A model generated the notes under the pieces. That model searched no databases and was not told the DNA's origin. It was given only the letters and a program-made list of their open reading frames with translations. Positions 1 through 9,479 of a stretch of DNA of 46,285 bases are shown one piece after another. Source of the DNA: a virus (lineage: Duplodnaviria; Caudoviricetes); IMG/VR virus record IMGVR_UViG_3300038393_001395, positions 1-46,285 of that record, one strand, 5' to 3'. Position 1 is the stretch's first letter. Every line of letters starts with the position of its first letter. The translations under genes were made by a program, and so were the position numbers.

Positions 1-127
1 ACGACTCTGTCGTCGCTCAGAAGAAGACTATCCAGGCGCTGGAGGATTGGGCGAAGAAAACCCGCGCGCTGGCGGATGCGACTGCGTCCGTGCTCGACAG
101 CCAAGCCGAGATCGACCAGCAACTCGC
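1..127 (+). repeat. 127-bp terminal direct repeat (circular assembly overlap), copy 1
   Basis: Identical to 46159-46285; the tape-measure frame reads through the junction. Confidence 0.95.
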
Positions 128-1103
128 CGGCCTGGCGACTACGCTCAAGGAGCGTCGCCGGCTCGAATTGAAAGCGCTGGACGAACGCCACCGTGCCGAG
201 CGCGAGCGCCTCTCGGCCGACCTCGCCGTGGCTCTCCGTGGCGGCAACGCGGACGAGATACTGAAGGCGCGCCAGCGGCTTTACGATTCCGAGCGGAAGA
301 ACGCCATTGCGGCTCAGGGTGTCATGGAGGCGAACCGGAGCCCCCTGGAAGAGTACCAGGCGCGGCTTGGTCGCGACCCCGCGACGCGGAACGAGGAACT
401 TGCGGTCGAAGGGCTGAGCCGCTTCGGAGACGCCCTGACCGATGCGATCTTCGAAGCACAGGACTTCGGCGAGGCGCTCAAGGCCATAGGCCGGGACCTT
501 GCTAAGGAGCTGTTCCGCGACTTCGTAGATCAGCAGATCATCAAGCCGGCCGCCAATTTCGTGTCGGGGTTGTTCGGCAGCGGCGGGGCCGGCGGCGCTG
601 CCGCCGGCGTCGAGATGACGGCGGCCATCACCGCGGGCGGCGCAGCCGCCGCGTCTGAGATGGGCCTCGCGATCACGGCCGCCGGCACGGCGGCTGCGGC
701 GCAGCTTGCGGGCGCGATGGCGGCCGGAAGTTTCGGCGGAGGCGGAGGCTTCGGCCTAGACCTGCTCTCGGCCCTGCCTGGGTTCGCGAGCGGAACGAGC
801 TTCGCGCCCGGCGGCCTGGCCTTGGTAGGCGAGCGCGGCCCGGAAATCGTGAACCTGCCGCGTGGCTCCCAGGTGATCCCGAACCACGCCTTGGGCTTGC
901 TGAACATGGGCGTGCCGAGGTTGGGCGGGGGTGGGGTGAGCGTCACTTATGCGCCGGTCCTGCACGTTCAGGGCGGCGATCCGGAGGCGGTGCGCCAGAT
1001 CCGCGCCGAGTTCGCCCGCCACAAGGCCGAACTACCCGCGATCATCAAGGCCAACGCCGCCGACGCCTTCGCACGCGGCCAAGTCCGGCCCGGCCGGCGG
1101 TAG
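3..1103 (+). CDS. Tail tape measure protein, C-terminal part (continues from 44577 across the junction, ~894 aa total)
   Basis: In frame with ORF from 44577; Ala-rich helical; C-terminal FASG...LVGERGPE motif typical of TMPs. Confidence 0.9.
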   Translation, partial: DSVVAQKKTIQALEDWAKKTRALADATASVLDSQAEIDQQLAGLATTLKERRRLELKALDERHRAERERLSADLAVALRGGNADEILKARQRLYDSERKNAIAAQGVMEANRSPLEEYQARLGRDPATRNEELAVEGLSRFGDALTDAIFEAQDFGEALKAIGRDLAKELFRDFVDQQIIKPAANFVSGLFGSGGAGGAAAGVEMTAAITAGGAAAASEMGLAITAAGTAAAAQLAGAMAAGSFGGGGGFGLDLLSALPGFASGTSFAPGGLALVGERGPEIVNLPRGSQVIPNHALGLLNMGVPRLGGGGVSVTYAPVLHVQGGDPEAVRQIRAEFARHKAELPAIIKANAADAFARGQVRPGRR

Positions 1104-1121
1104 CCGGGCTGCTCGGCCGAA

Positions 1122-1143
1122 CATCTGAAAACGTTTTCAGATG
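1122..1143. promoter_or_regulatory. Perfect 22-bp palindrome CATCTGAAAACGTTTTCAGATG
   Basis: Self-complementary AT-rich site in the TMP-distal tail intergenic gap; function unknown. Confidence 0.5.
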
Positions 1144-1228
1144 GGCGGGCGAAGCAGGGCCCGAACCGGCCACCCCCGCTCCCGCGGAGCGTGGCGACGA
1201 TCCATTCATTTCCGAGGGGCGGTTCTTC

Positions 1229-1912
1229 ATGGCGCTGACGTTCCCGCGCACCCTGCCGGACACCCGGACGGGACGGTTCCGCTTTGAGCTGGACCGGGTC
1301 GATTACAGCACCACGGAGCGTCGGGGGGCGTCGCTGGGGGTGCAGGTCGGATTTCCCCTGTGGAAGCTGTCCGTCAACTTCGGGGCCGGCTTGACCGAGA
1401 ACCAGGCCGACGCCTGGGTGGCGTGGGCCGACAGCCTGCAAGGGGGCTCGCGCACCTTCTACGGCTGCGAGCCGACCCGGGCCCGCCCGAAGACCTACCT
1501 GAGCGGCTTTTCGCTGATGACCCGGGCGGGGGGCGGGGCCTTCCCTGACACCGGGGCGGCCACGTCCTGGTCGGTGGACACGACGCGTGAAGTGCTGACC
1601 CTGAACGGCCTGCCGGCGGGGTTCATCCTTCAGGTCCGCGACTACGTCGGTTTCGAGTGGACCTCGGCCGGGGGTGACCCGCGCCGCGCCCTGGTCCGCA
1701 CGCTGGAAGCCGCCACCGCCAACGGCTCGGGCGTGCTCACGGTGACCATCTCCCCGCCGCTGCCGACCGTGGTGGACGCCGGCGCTACGGCCCGGGTCTC
1801 GGGCGGGGTCTGCATCATGCGCCTGCTCCCCTCGGAAACCACCATCGGGGACAGGGACGAACTGCGCCGGGTCGGCGGGACCATCACCGCCATTCAGGAT
1901 CTCCGCGCGTGA
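1229..1912 (+). CDS. Distal tail protein (putative)
   Basis: First gene after TMP; size and beta-rich composition; RBS GAGGGG. Confidence 0.65.
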   Translation: MALTFPRTLPDTRTGRFRFELDRVDYSTTERRGASLGVQVGFPLWKLSVNFGAGLTENQADAWVAWADSLQGGSRTFYGCEPTRARPKTYLSGFSLMTRAGGGAFPDTGAATSWSVDTTREVLTLNGLPAGFILQVRDYVGFEWTSAGGDPRRALVRTLEAATANGSGVLTVTISPPLPTVVDAGATARVSGGVCIMRLLPSETTIGDRDELRRVGGTITAIQDLRA

Positions 1913-2565
1913 AGACGTTCTCGACGGCCACGCAGGAAGCCCTCGAAAGCGGGGAGGCCATCGTCACGGCGGCCATCAAGGTGGTCACCCCGGGCGAGAC
2001 CTGGCGGGTGTGGGGCGGCTACGGCGACCTCGCCATCGCGGGCGAGGCCGACCCGTTCACGGGCATCGGGGACCGCGCCCTGGTCACGGCCAGCGGCGGC
2101 GAACTCGGCTCGGCCGCCAACGCGCTCACCATCGACCTGAACGGGGTGGAGCCGGAGAACCTGCGCCTGCTCGGCCTGTCGGGCCTGCGCCGGGCGCCGG
2201 TCGTGGTGTGGCGGCTGATCTTCGACGTGACTGGGGCGAACATGCTCGCCGCGCACGTCTTCACCCGGGGCCGGCTCGACGTGGCCCCGGTCACCGGTAC
2301 GCCCGGTGGCGAGAAGTCGATCCGCTTCGACATCGAAGGCGCCGCCCGCTCCCTCGGCCGGCGCATGGGCCGGATGCGGACCGACGCCGACCAACGGCTG
2401 ATCCGCTCTGACGACCCGGGTTTCGAGCTGGTCTCCATCGCCGGCGAAGTGAAGCTCTATTGGGGCGGCAAGACCCCGGAGCGGGCCGGGTCGGCCCTGC
2501 CCGGCAGCAGCTTCCTCGGCCACCTGGGCCAGATCATGGGCCTGCCGCAGGGCGGCGTCCTTTGA
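1909..2565 (+). CDS. Minor tail/baseplate hub protein (DUF2163/gpL-like, putative)
   Basis: GTGA-coupled; tail-tip position; motif ending DDPGFELVS..GEVKLYWG. Confidence 0.65.
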   Translation: MKTFSTATQEALESGEAIVTAAIKVVTPGETWRVWGGYGDLAIAGEADPFTGIGDRALVTASGGELGSAANALTIDLNGVEPENLRLLGLSGLRRAPVVVWRLIFDVTGANMLAAHVFTRGRLDVAPVTGTPGGEKSIRFDIEGAARSLGRRMGRMRTDADQRLIRSDDPGFELVSIAGEVKLYWGGKTPERAGSALPGSSFLGHLGQIMGLPQGGVL

Positions 2566-2984
2566 TGCGCGACCACGACGCCCTGATCCGGTTCCTTCAG
2601 GACCGGGCCTCCTTCGCGTTCGGGTTCGACTGGCGCGAGCCCCGGACCCAGGACTGCTTCCGGCTTGTCATGGAGGGCGCCCAAGCCCAGACCGGCGAGG
2701 ACCGCTGGGCCGACGTGCGCGGCCGGTGGACCTCGGAGCGCGGCGCGGCGCGCGCCATCCTGAAGTTCGGGCCGACCTTGGCTGACGTGCTGGACAAGCG
2801 GTTCGCCCGGGTCGCGCCCGCCCTCGCCATGCGCGGCGACATCGGCGCGATCACGGGGCCGAAGGGCCTGACGCTCGGGATCATCGAGGGTCACAGCGTC
2901 GCGTACTGCGCCGAACGGGGCGGGCTGGAGCGCCGGCCCCGCACCGAACTGGAACTGGCCTGGTCTGTCGAGGGGGGCGTCTGA
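2565..2984 (+). CDS. Tail-assembly NlpC/P60-like protein (gpK-like)
   Basis: ATG overlaps upstream TGA; F.F.W...DC motif and RGDIG; position before the J-like gene. Confidence 0.6.
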   Translation: MRDHDALIRFLQDRASFAFGFDWREPRTQDCFRLVMEGAQAQTGEDRWADVRGRWTSERGAARAILKFGPTLADVLDKRFARVAPALAMRGDIGAITGPKGLTLGIIEGHSVAYCAERGGLERRPRTELELAWSVEGGV

Positions 2985-5576
2985 ATGCCGTTCGTCGCCC
3001 CGCTCGTCACCGCCGTGATGGGGACCAGCGTCCTCGCCAGCGTCGTCACCTTCACCATCAATGCGACCATCTCGGTCGGCCTGTCGCAGCTCCTCTCGCC
3101 CAAGCAGAAGGGACAGGAGCGCCAAGCCCAGGTCACGTCGCTTCAGATCGGCGAGAACGCCCGGGGCGTGATCTTCGGCGAGGTCGCGACCGGTGGGACC
3201 CTGGTCAAGGCCACCAACTACGGCGGAGGCTACGGCACCGATTACGAGGTGCTGGTCATCGCGCTCGCGGACCATCGCTGCGAGGCCCTGTTGGGCTTCT
3301 ACGTGGACGACGAATACGTGGCGTTCACCGGCAACGGTCCGGTCTCCGGGTTCACCAACGCGGGCGGGCAATCCTGCCTTGACGTGTATTTCTTCGACGG
3401 CAGCACCGCCACCCAGACCGTTCCCTCGACCTGGAACCTGGGCTGGCCGAACCCCGTGCTGGACGGGGTGTGCTTCGTCGCGGTCCGCTACAAGTACAAT
3501 CCCAAGGTCTGGTCCGGCGGGCGCCCGAAACTGCTGTGGCGGGTGAAGGGAAAGCGCTGCTACGACCCGCGCCTGGACACGACTGTGGGCGGCTCCGGCG
3601 CCCATCGCTGGAACGATCCTTCGACCTGGGCCTGGACCGACAACGCCGCCGTCTGCCGCTACAACTTCCAGCGCGGGATTTACGCCCTGGATCAGGTCGG
3701 CGACCCGTCGATGCTGCTGGTCGGCCGGGGCCTGTCCGAGGAAGAGGCCGACCCCGCCCGCGTGTTCGCCTCGGCCAACGTCTGCGACGAACTGGTGGCG
3801 ACCGGCGCCAGCACCACGGAAAAGCGTTACCGGGTCGGCTGCTACATCGCGGCGGACGAGGCCTGGGAACAGGTGGAGGAGAACTTCGCCGCCGCCATGG
3901 CCGGGGTCATCGTCCAGCCTGACGGCGGGATCGACGTGGAGCCGGGCCAGTCCAAGGCCGTGGCCGCCACCATCACCGACGATGACCTGCTGAACGGCCG
4001 GGAGGTGGCGTTCTCGCCGTTCATCTCGGACGCCCGCCGGGTCAACACGGTCATTCCGCGATACGTCGAGCCGGCGCAGATGTGGAAGGATCACGCCGCG
4101 CCGCTGCGCCGGAACGCCACCGACATCACCGACGACGGCGGGATCAGGGACGAAACCCTGTCTCTGCCCTTTGTGACATCGGTCTATCAGGCCCAGCGGT
4201 GCGGGGAGATCCACCGCCGGCTGATGCGCCTGGAGCGCACCGCCACGGTGACGCTCGGTCCGAAGTGGTCGTTCCTGGAAGACGGCGACTGGATCGACTG
4301 GACCTCGGGCGAGTTCCACGACGGGGCCACGATCACGTATCGGGTGGAGAGCTACACGCTCGCCCCCAACCATGAAATCACCCTGGAGCTGCGCGAGATC
4401 GCGTCCTCGGTCTATTCGTGGACCGCGGCAGACGTGATCCAGCCTCAGGCTGAGGAAATGCCGACCGGCGGCGGTGGCGGGACCATCGGGCCGAGCCCGG
4501 CCGGCGACCTGGCGCTCTCGAGCGTCACCGCTTCGGGTGTCACCATCACGGACGGGTTCATCAAGCGGGCCGGCGGCAAGATCAGCTGGGCCACGCCGCT
4601 GGACGAGGCCATCGACGCGGTCGCGGTGGAGTGGCGGCGGCAGGGGGCGACCAAGTCCGAGGGCACCTTCACCGTCCACGACGAGGACGCGGGCGAACAG
4701 GAGTTCGCCACGAAGCTGGACAACAAGGCCTATGAGGTGCGGGCCCGGCCGATCCCGAAGGACCCCGGCCGCACCTGGGCATGGTCGTCGTGGCTGTCGT
4801 TCACCTCGGGCCTGCACAAGACCCCCACCACCTCGCTCGTTTCGGCCTCCACGGGCGCGACGCTCGGGGACTCGGACGTGATCACGTCACAGGGCACGGC
4901 GGCGGCCATCGTCAACCAAGGCGGGCTCGCCACCCGTAACCACACCGAAGCGTCGTCGGCTCCCGGAAGCCCTGGAACCGGGGACCTGTGGACCGACACC
5001 TCGGCCACCCCGGTCAAGCTGAAGCGGTGGAACGGGTCGGCGTGGGTGGTGCAAGCCACCTACAACACCGGCGCCCTGGCCGACCTGAACACGGCCGACA
5101 CGGCGCAACTGGCCGCCTTCGCCGCGACCCGCTGGTCTACGCAGGTTCAGACCTCGGGCCTCGGGGGGGCGGGGACCATCTTCATCGCCTACCAGGGCTC
5201 CCCGGCCAGCAACTACACGCAGCTGGACGAGTTCACCTTCACGGTGGACACGGCCTCGGTCCCGGTGCTGATCGAGTGGAACGGTCAGATCAACTGGAAC
5301 CGCAACGCCGCGACCAACACCATCCTCATGGTGACGATTGACGGCAACCCGGCCTTTGTGGCGGGGGCCGACACCAACACGGAATTGCGTAAGCAGTACC
5401 AGGGCAACCAGAACGCCTTGAACCTGGACGTGATCCTCACGGTGCTCAAGACCACCCTCTCAGCCGGGTCTCACACGGTCAAAATCTGGGGCAAGACCGT
5501 TGAGAACCCCGGCGTGACCCTGGTCCCGCACCTGAGCATGGGCGCCATCACCAAGGTCATTCAGGGGAAACGCTGA
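2985..5576 (+). CDS. Tail tip / central fibre host-specificity protein (J-like)
   Basis: 863 aa; VKGKRCYDPR...WAWTDNAA motif; FN3-like segment; GDLWTDT..LKRWNG.W motif. Confidence 0.85.
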   Translation: MPFVAPLVTAVMGTSVLASVVTFTINATISVGLSQLLSPKQKGQERQAQVTSLQIGENARGVIFGEVATGGTLVKATNYGGGYGTDYEVLVIALADHRCEALLGFYVDDEYVAFTGNGPVSGFTNAGGQSCLDVYFFDGSTATQTVPSTWNLGWPNPVLDGVCFVAVRYKYNPKVWSGGRPKLLWRVKGKRCYDPRLDTTVGGSGAHRWNDPSTWAWTDNAAVCRYNFQRGIYALDQVGDPSMLLVGRGLSEEEADPARVFASANVCDELVATGASTTEKRYRVGCYIAADEAWEQVEENFAAAMAGVIVQPDGGIDVEPGQSKAVAATITDDDLLNGREVAFSPFISDARRVNTVIPRYVEPAQMWKDHAAPLRRNATDITDDGGIRDETLSLPFVTSVYQAQRCGEIHRRLMRLERTATVTLGPKWSFLEDGDWIDWTSGEFHDGATITYRVESYTLAPNHEITLELREIASSVYSWTAADVIQPQAEEMPTGGGGGTIGPSPAGDLALSSVTASGVTITDGFIKRAGGKISWATPLDEAIDAVAVEWRRQGATKSEGTFTVHDEDAGEQEFATKLDNKAYEVRARPIPKDPGRTWAWSSWLSFTSGLHKTPTTSLVSASTGATLGDSDVITSQGTAAAIVNQGGLATRNHTEASSAPGSPGTGDLWTDTSATPVKLKRWNGSAWVVQATYNTGALADLNTADTAQLAAFAATRWSTQVQTSGLGGAGTIFIAYQGSPASNYTQLDEFTFTVDTASVPVLIEWNGQINWNRNAATNTILMVTIDGNPAFVAGADTNTELRKQYQGNQNALNLDVILTVLKTTLSAGSHTVKIWGKTVENPGVTLVPHLSMGAITKVIQGKR

Positions 5577-5959
5577 TGCAGCTCGCGCTCTATCGGCCGG
5601 ACGGCCTGATCCTCGGAGTCTACGACCGGGTAGAGGACGCCGAACTGAACCGGGCCGCCGCGTGCGAACGGACAGGGCTGGCCTGCGACCTCGCCCCGGT
5701 CCCCGAAGGCCTTCCGACCTACGCGGCGTGGTTCGACGGGGAGGGGGTGGCGCTGCGGCCGGAACTGTCGCTGGCCGTGCCGGGTGCGGTGGAGGTGGGG
5801 GAGACCCTGACCCTCGGCCTGCCGGCCGGCGCCGTGCTGACCCTCAACGGCGAGCCGGTGGAGGGTCCCGCCGTCACCTTCGCCGCGCCGGGGGCCTACG
5901 ACCTGAAGGTGGTCGCCTGGCCCTACCTGGACTTCACCGCCACCGTCGAAGCGCTTTGA
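5576..5959 (+). CDS. Hypothetical tail-associated protein
   Basis: Coupled to the J-like gene (TGATG). Confidence 0.6.
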   Translation: MQLALYRPDGLILGVYDRVEDAELNRAAACERTGLACDLAPVPEGLPTYAAWFDGEGVALRPELSLAVPGAVEVGETLTLGLPAGAVLTLNGEPVEGPAVTFAAPGAYDLKVVAWPYLDFTATVEAL

Positions 5960-5969
5960 GGAACCCCGC

Positions 5970-6347
5970 ATGGGCGCACCTACGAAAAACGATCTCTATG
6001 CCCGGGAGAACGCCACGCTGCAGGCGACGCTCTACGTGGACGACGCGGGAACTCCGGTCGACGTCACCGGCTGGACCTTCAAGATGCAATGCCGCCGGCC
6101 GGGCGACGCGGCGGGCTCGCCGACCGTCAACCTGAGCACGGTGACGACCGACGTGCAGGGTCTCCGCATCGTGGACGCGGCCGGGGGCGAAGTCGCCATC
6201 CGCATCGACGACACGACCCTTTCCGGCATCGCCGACAGCACCGGCAAGTTCACCATGGCCTACGACATCCAGGGGACCCGGCCGAACGGGACCAAGGTCG
6301 TCGTCTCTGAGGGGACCGTGACCGTCTACGGGGGCGTCACCCAATGA
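5970..6347 (+). CDS. Putative fibre adapter (BppU N-terminal-like Ig fold)
   Basis: PVDVTGWTFKMQCR...YDIQGT...EGTVTV pattern; RBS GAGGA. Confidence 0.55.
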   Translation: MGAPTKNDLYARENATLQATLYVDDAGTPVDVTGWTFKMQCRRPGDAAGSPTVNLSTVTTDVQGLRIVDAAGGEVAIRIDDTTLSGIADSTGKFTMAYDIQGTRPNGTKVVVSEGTVTVYGGVTQ

Positions 6348-7078
6348 CCGAGATCACCGGGACGGTTCGCCAACAGGCGCTCAAGGGCGGCGTCGCAGGC
6401 CTTCGCGGGGAGAGCGCGGCGGACGTGTACCGGCGCACGGTCGATCCGACCGCCACCGACGCGCAGTTCCTCGCCTCCCTGCAGGGGGCGGGCACGGCGG
6501 CGGGCGACCTGTCCAACGTCTCGAACGCCAACTTCCTGTCCAAGGCCGTCGCCGCCGGGCTGCTGAAGGCGGGAAAGACCACCATCCCGGTTATGGCGGG
6601 AGCCATGACCGCGCGCACCACCAACGGCGCGGCGGCGGGAACGACCGAGACCACGACCAACAAGCTGATGCTGCGGACGCTCGATTTCGACGCCTCCACG
6701 GCCGAGTACGCGCAAATCCTGATCCCCATGCCCAAGTCGTGGAACGAGGGGACGGTGACGGCGCAATTCCTGTGGGGAGCCTCCGCCACCGGCAACGTGG
6801 TGTGGGCGGTGCAGGCGGTCGCCATCTCCGACGACGACGTGTTCGACGCCGCGTTCGGAACCGCGGTGAAGGTGACGGACGGCGTCACCGCCACGACCGA
6901 CCTGATGATCTCGGCCGAGACGGGGGCGATCACCGTCGCGGGGACGCCGGCGGACGGGGACCTGGTCTGCTTCCAGTTCTACCGCGACGCCGCCAACGCT
7001 TCGGACACCTGCGCCGTGGACGCCAAGCTGGTGGGGGTGCGCCTGTTCATAACCCTCAACGCCTCGGACGACACCTGA
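6344..7078 (+). CDS. Putative tail fibre/structural protein
   Basis: ATGA-coupled; Thr/Ala-rich with beta-rich C-terminus. Confidence 0.55.
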   Translation: MTEITGTVRQQALKGGVAGLRGESAADVYRRTVDPTATDAQFLASLQGAGTAAGDLSNVSNANFLSKAVAAGLLKAGKTTIPVMAGAMTARTTNGAAAGTTETTTNKLMLRTLDFDASTAEYAQILIPMPKSWNEGTVTAQFLWGASATGNVVWAVQAVAISDDDVFDAAFGTAVKVTDGVTATTDLMISAETGAITVAGTPADGDLVCFQFYRDAANASDTCAVDAKLVGVRLFITLNASDDT

Positions 7079-7806
7079 TGCTGAGCGCGCCGTCGATCAG
7101 CTACCTGGGAACCGGGGCCGCGGCCCCCGCCGGTCCGGCGTTCTCCAACGTCAAGCTTCTGATCGGGGCGGACGGGGCCAACAACTCGACCAGCTTCACC
7201 GACGACAGCGCCGCGCACCGCACGCTCACGGTCGGGGGGAACGCCAAGGTCACCACCAGCAACCCCAAGTTCGGGACGGGGTGTCTGCTGCTGGACGGGT
7301 CCGGCGACTACCTGTCGCTGGCGCCCTCTTCGGGGGTGTGGAGCCCCGGCGCGGGTCAGGCCACGGGCGAGCTGTGGGCGCGCTTCGCTACGACCGGCTC
7401 GCTCAGCGCGGCGCTGATGGGCCAATGGGGGGCGTCCACGTCAGAGTGTTCGTGGTTCTTCTACCTGTCGGCCGGCACCCTGCGGCTGCGCTTCTACGAC
7501 AACACCCTGACCGTGCGCGACTGCGACGCCGCTTGGTCCGTGCCCGACACCAACTGGCATCACCTCGCCTGGGACCGGGACGGCTCGGGCGTGGTCCGCA
7601 CCTACGTGGACGGGGTGATGAAGGGCAAGACCACCCTCGCCCAGACCATGAACAACGCCACCGGCCAGTTCGGAGTCGGGACCATCCCGAGCGTGGGCCT
7701 CGACCTCAACGGCGCCCTCGACGAAATCCGCGTCACCATCGGCGAAGCCGTCTACGCCACGGACGCCGGGTTCACGCCTCCGACCGCCGCGTTCGCGCGG
7801 TCCTGA
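7078..7806 (+). CDS. LamG/concanavalin-like jelly-roll protein (putative receptor-binding)
   Basis: WHHLAWDRDG..VRTYVDG and G.LDEIRVT LamG signatures; ATG overlaps upstream TGA. Confidence 0.8.
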   Translation: MLSAPSISYLGTGAAAPAGPAFSNVKLLIGADGANNSTSFTDDSAAHRTLTVGGNAKVTTSNPKFGTGCLLLDGSGDYLSLAPSSGVWSPGAGQATGELWARFATTGSLSAALMGQWGASTSECSWFFYLSAGTLRLRFYDNTLTVRDCDAAWSVPDTNWHHLAWDRDGSGVVRTYVDGVMKGKTTLAQTMNNATGQFGVGTIPSVGLDLNGALDEIRVTIGEAVYATDAGFTPPTAAFARS

Positions 7807-7830
7807 CCGACCCGCCCATCCTTCTCTCTC

Positions 7831-7854
7831 GGCCGCCTTCGGGCGGCTTTTTTC
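7831..7854 (+). terminator. Hairpin GCCGCC-TTCG-GGCGGC followed by T6
   Basis: Intrinsic-terminator shape; near-copy at 43439-43459. Confidence 0.65.
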
Positions 7855-7872
7855 ATGCCTGGAGCCTAGCCG

Positions 7873-8271
7873 ATGAGCTACCGCGACCTTTCCACCTCGA
7901 CCAGCGTTCAGGCGAGCCAAGCCTCCGAAGAGGTGGTGATCGATCCGGCGACCAAGCTCCCCATCGACCCCCGCGCGCCCTCGCCGGATCAGGACCCGAT
8001 CTTCGACCATGCGAACGGCACGAAGACGAGCGTCACCACCTCGGCCACGGTCATCACGCCGCCGACCGGCTGCAAGTATCTCCGTATCTCGGCCGACGCG
8101 GACGTGTTCGTGAACACGGCGGGCAGCGCCGCCGTGGACGACGGCACCTCCATCCGCATCATCGCCAACCAGCCGGAAGTGATCCCGGTCACGGCGGGGA
8201 CGGCGGTCAAAGCGTTGTCCGCGTCCGGCACCGCCGTGGTCCGCTGCACTCCCCTGAAGGTGCGTTCGTAA
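7873..8271 (+). CDS. Hypothetical virion-type beta-sandwich protein
   Basis: RBS GGAG; 132 aa; coupled to the next gene (TAATG). Confidence 0.65.
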   Translation: MSYRDLSTSTSVQASQASEEVVIDPATKLPIDPRAPSPDQDPIFDHANGTKTSVTTSATVITPPTGCKYLRISADADVFVNTAGSAAVDDGTSIRIIANQPEVIPVTAGTAVKALSASGTAVVRCTPLKVRS

Positions 8272-9479
8272 TGCAGCTTGGACCCAGAGCCCTCGCGGGA
8301 CGGGGGCAACCGGCGGCGCTGGCATCTCTTTCGTCGGGGCGACGGGGTATCGCTTGGGCCGCGGCCCTGCCGGCCCTCCGCTCGTTCGTCACGGCCAACT
8401 ACGACCAGCCGAACCCGCACAATCGGGCGGTGATGGCGAGCCCGCCGACCGTGACGGCGAACGGCACGACGCTGCCGGCCGGCATGGTGGTCAGCGCCTC
8501 GATCTCGCCCGCCACGCAGGGCACGGCTGCGCTTCGCATCCTTGGCGGCACGCTGTTCACCGCCGGAGCCTTGTCGCGTGTTTACTCGGCGACCATCGGC
8601 GCGACGGGCGGCAACGGCGGCACCAACGACGGCAAGCAATGCGCGGGCTGGCGGGCCGACATCATCGCCAACGCCCAAAACGTGTCGTTCCGCGTCGGCC
8701 CGACCTCGGCGAAGTACCGCTTCCTTGTGGACGGCCAGTATGTGGACCTGACCGGGACGCAGACGGTCGCGACGACCGGAACCACGACCGAGTACATCAA
8801 GCTCGCCTTCGCCAGCAAAGCCGTCCGCCGCATCACCATCGAAGGCCAACTGTCCGGCGCGCTGTCTCAGGTGTGGTGCGAGACCGGCGGCACGCTCACC
8901 CGCCCCAGCGACACACCAAAGCGCGTCGCGTTCGCGGGCGACAGCATCACCTACGGCACCGCCGCGGCCGCGCTCGGCGACAACTACGCATGGGTGGCGG
9001 CCGACACGCTTGGGTTTGGGCACGTCTTGTCCTCGGGAGCTCCCTCGACCGGCTACGCCGCCACCAACGGCGGCGCCAACTACAAGCTGTCGCAACGCCT
9101 CGCCGACATCAACGGCACCGGCCCGTGGGACGCCATCGTGGTGGCGATGGGCGTCAACGACATTTCGCAGGGCTCGACCGGCGCAGCGGTAACGAGCGAA
9201 GTGGCGACCTGCCTCGCCTCGTTCCGGGCCAGCAATCCGGCCGCGCAAATCTTCGTCGTGGGGCCGTGGGACCGGAGCGCCCCCGCCGCGCCTGAGGCGG
9301 GATATTCAACCATCAAGGCCGCGATCCAGGCAGGCGTTCCTGCGGGGCAGGGGATCACCTTCCTCGACCCGGAGGGCGTCGCCTACGTCAATTCGGATGG
9401 GACCCACCCGACGACGGCGGGACACGCCACCCTCGGCGCTTGGCTGGCCGGCGCGATCAAGACCGCGCTAGGGGCGTAA
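8271..9479 (+). CDS. SGNH/GDSL hydrolase (esterase) with N-terminal beta domain, 402 aa
   Basis: Blocks FAGDSITYG, G, MGVND and DGTHP match the SGNH catalytic motifs. Confidence 0.85.
   Translation: MQLGPRALAGRGQPAALASLSSGRRGIAWAAALPALRSFVTANYDQPNPHNRAVMASPPTVTANGTTLPAGMVVSASISPATQGTAALRILGGTLFTAGALSRVYSATIGATGGNGGTNDGKQCAGWRADIIANAQNVSFRVGPTSAKYRFLVDGQYVDLTGTQTVATTGTTTEYIKLAFASKAVRRITIEGQLSGALSQVWCETGGTLTRPSDTPKRVAFAGDSITYGTAAAALGDNYAWVAADTLGFGHVLSSGAPSTGYAATNGGANYKLSQRLADINGTGPWDAIVVAMGVNDISQGSTGAAVTSEVATCLASFRASNPAAQIFVVGPWDRSAPAAPEAGYSTIKAAIQAGVPAGQGITFLDPEGVAYVNSDGTHPTTAGHATLGAWLAGAIKTALGA

Noticed and set aside
1-127. Terminal repeat as a biological DTR
   Set aside because: The length equals a common assembler k-mer (127) and it falls mid-TMP; HNH plus P27 terS suggests cos ends elsewhere.
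580-760. Ala/Gly repeats (AITAGGAAAA / AITAAGTAAA) in TMP
   Set aside because: Ordinary low-complexity tape-measure repeats.
2457-4817. 786-aa minus-strand ORF (and similar ones at 44331-46280, 39088-40392, 37084-38493, 35157-36275)
   Set aside because: Antisense shadows of high-GC3 structural genes; no recognisable motifs.
7281-8270. N-terminal extension making the SGNH ORF 732 aa
   Set aside because: Arg/Pro-rich off-frame read through two real genes and a terminator; the coupled ATG is at 8271.
2985-9479. Diversity-generating retroelement or invertible tail-fibre system
   Set aside because: No reverse transcriptase or invertase, and no TR/VR duplicate noticed by eye.
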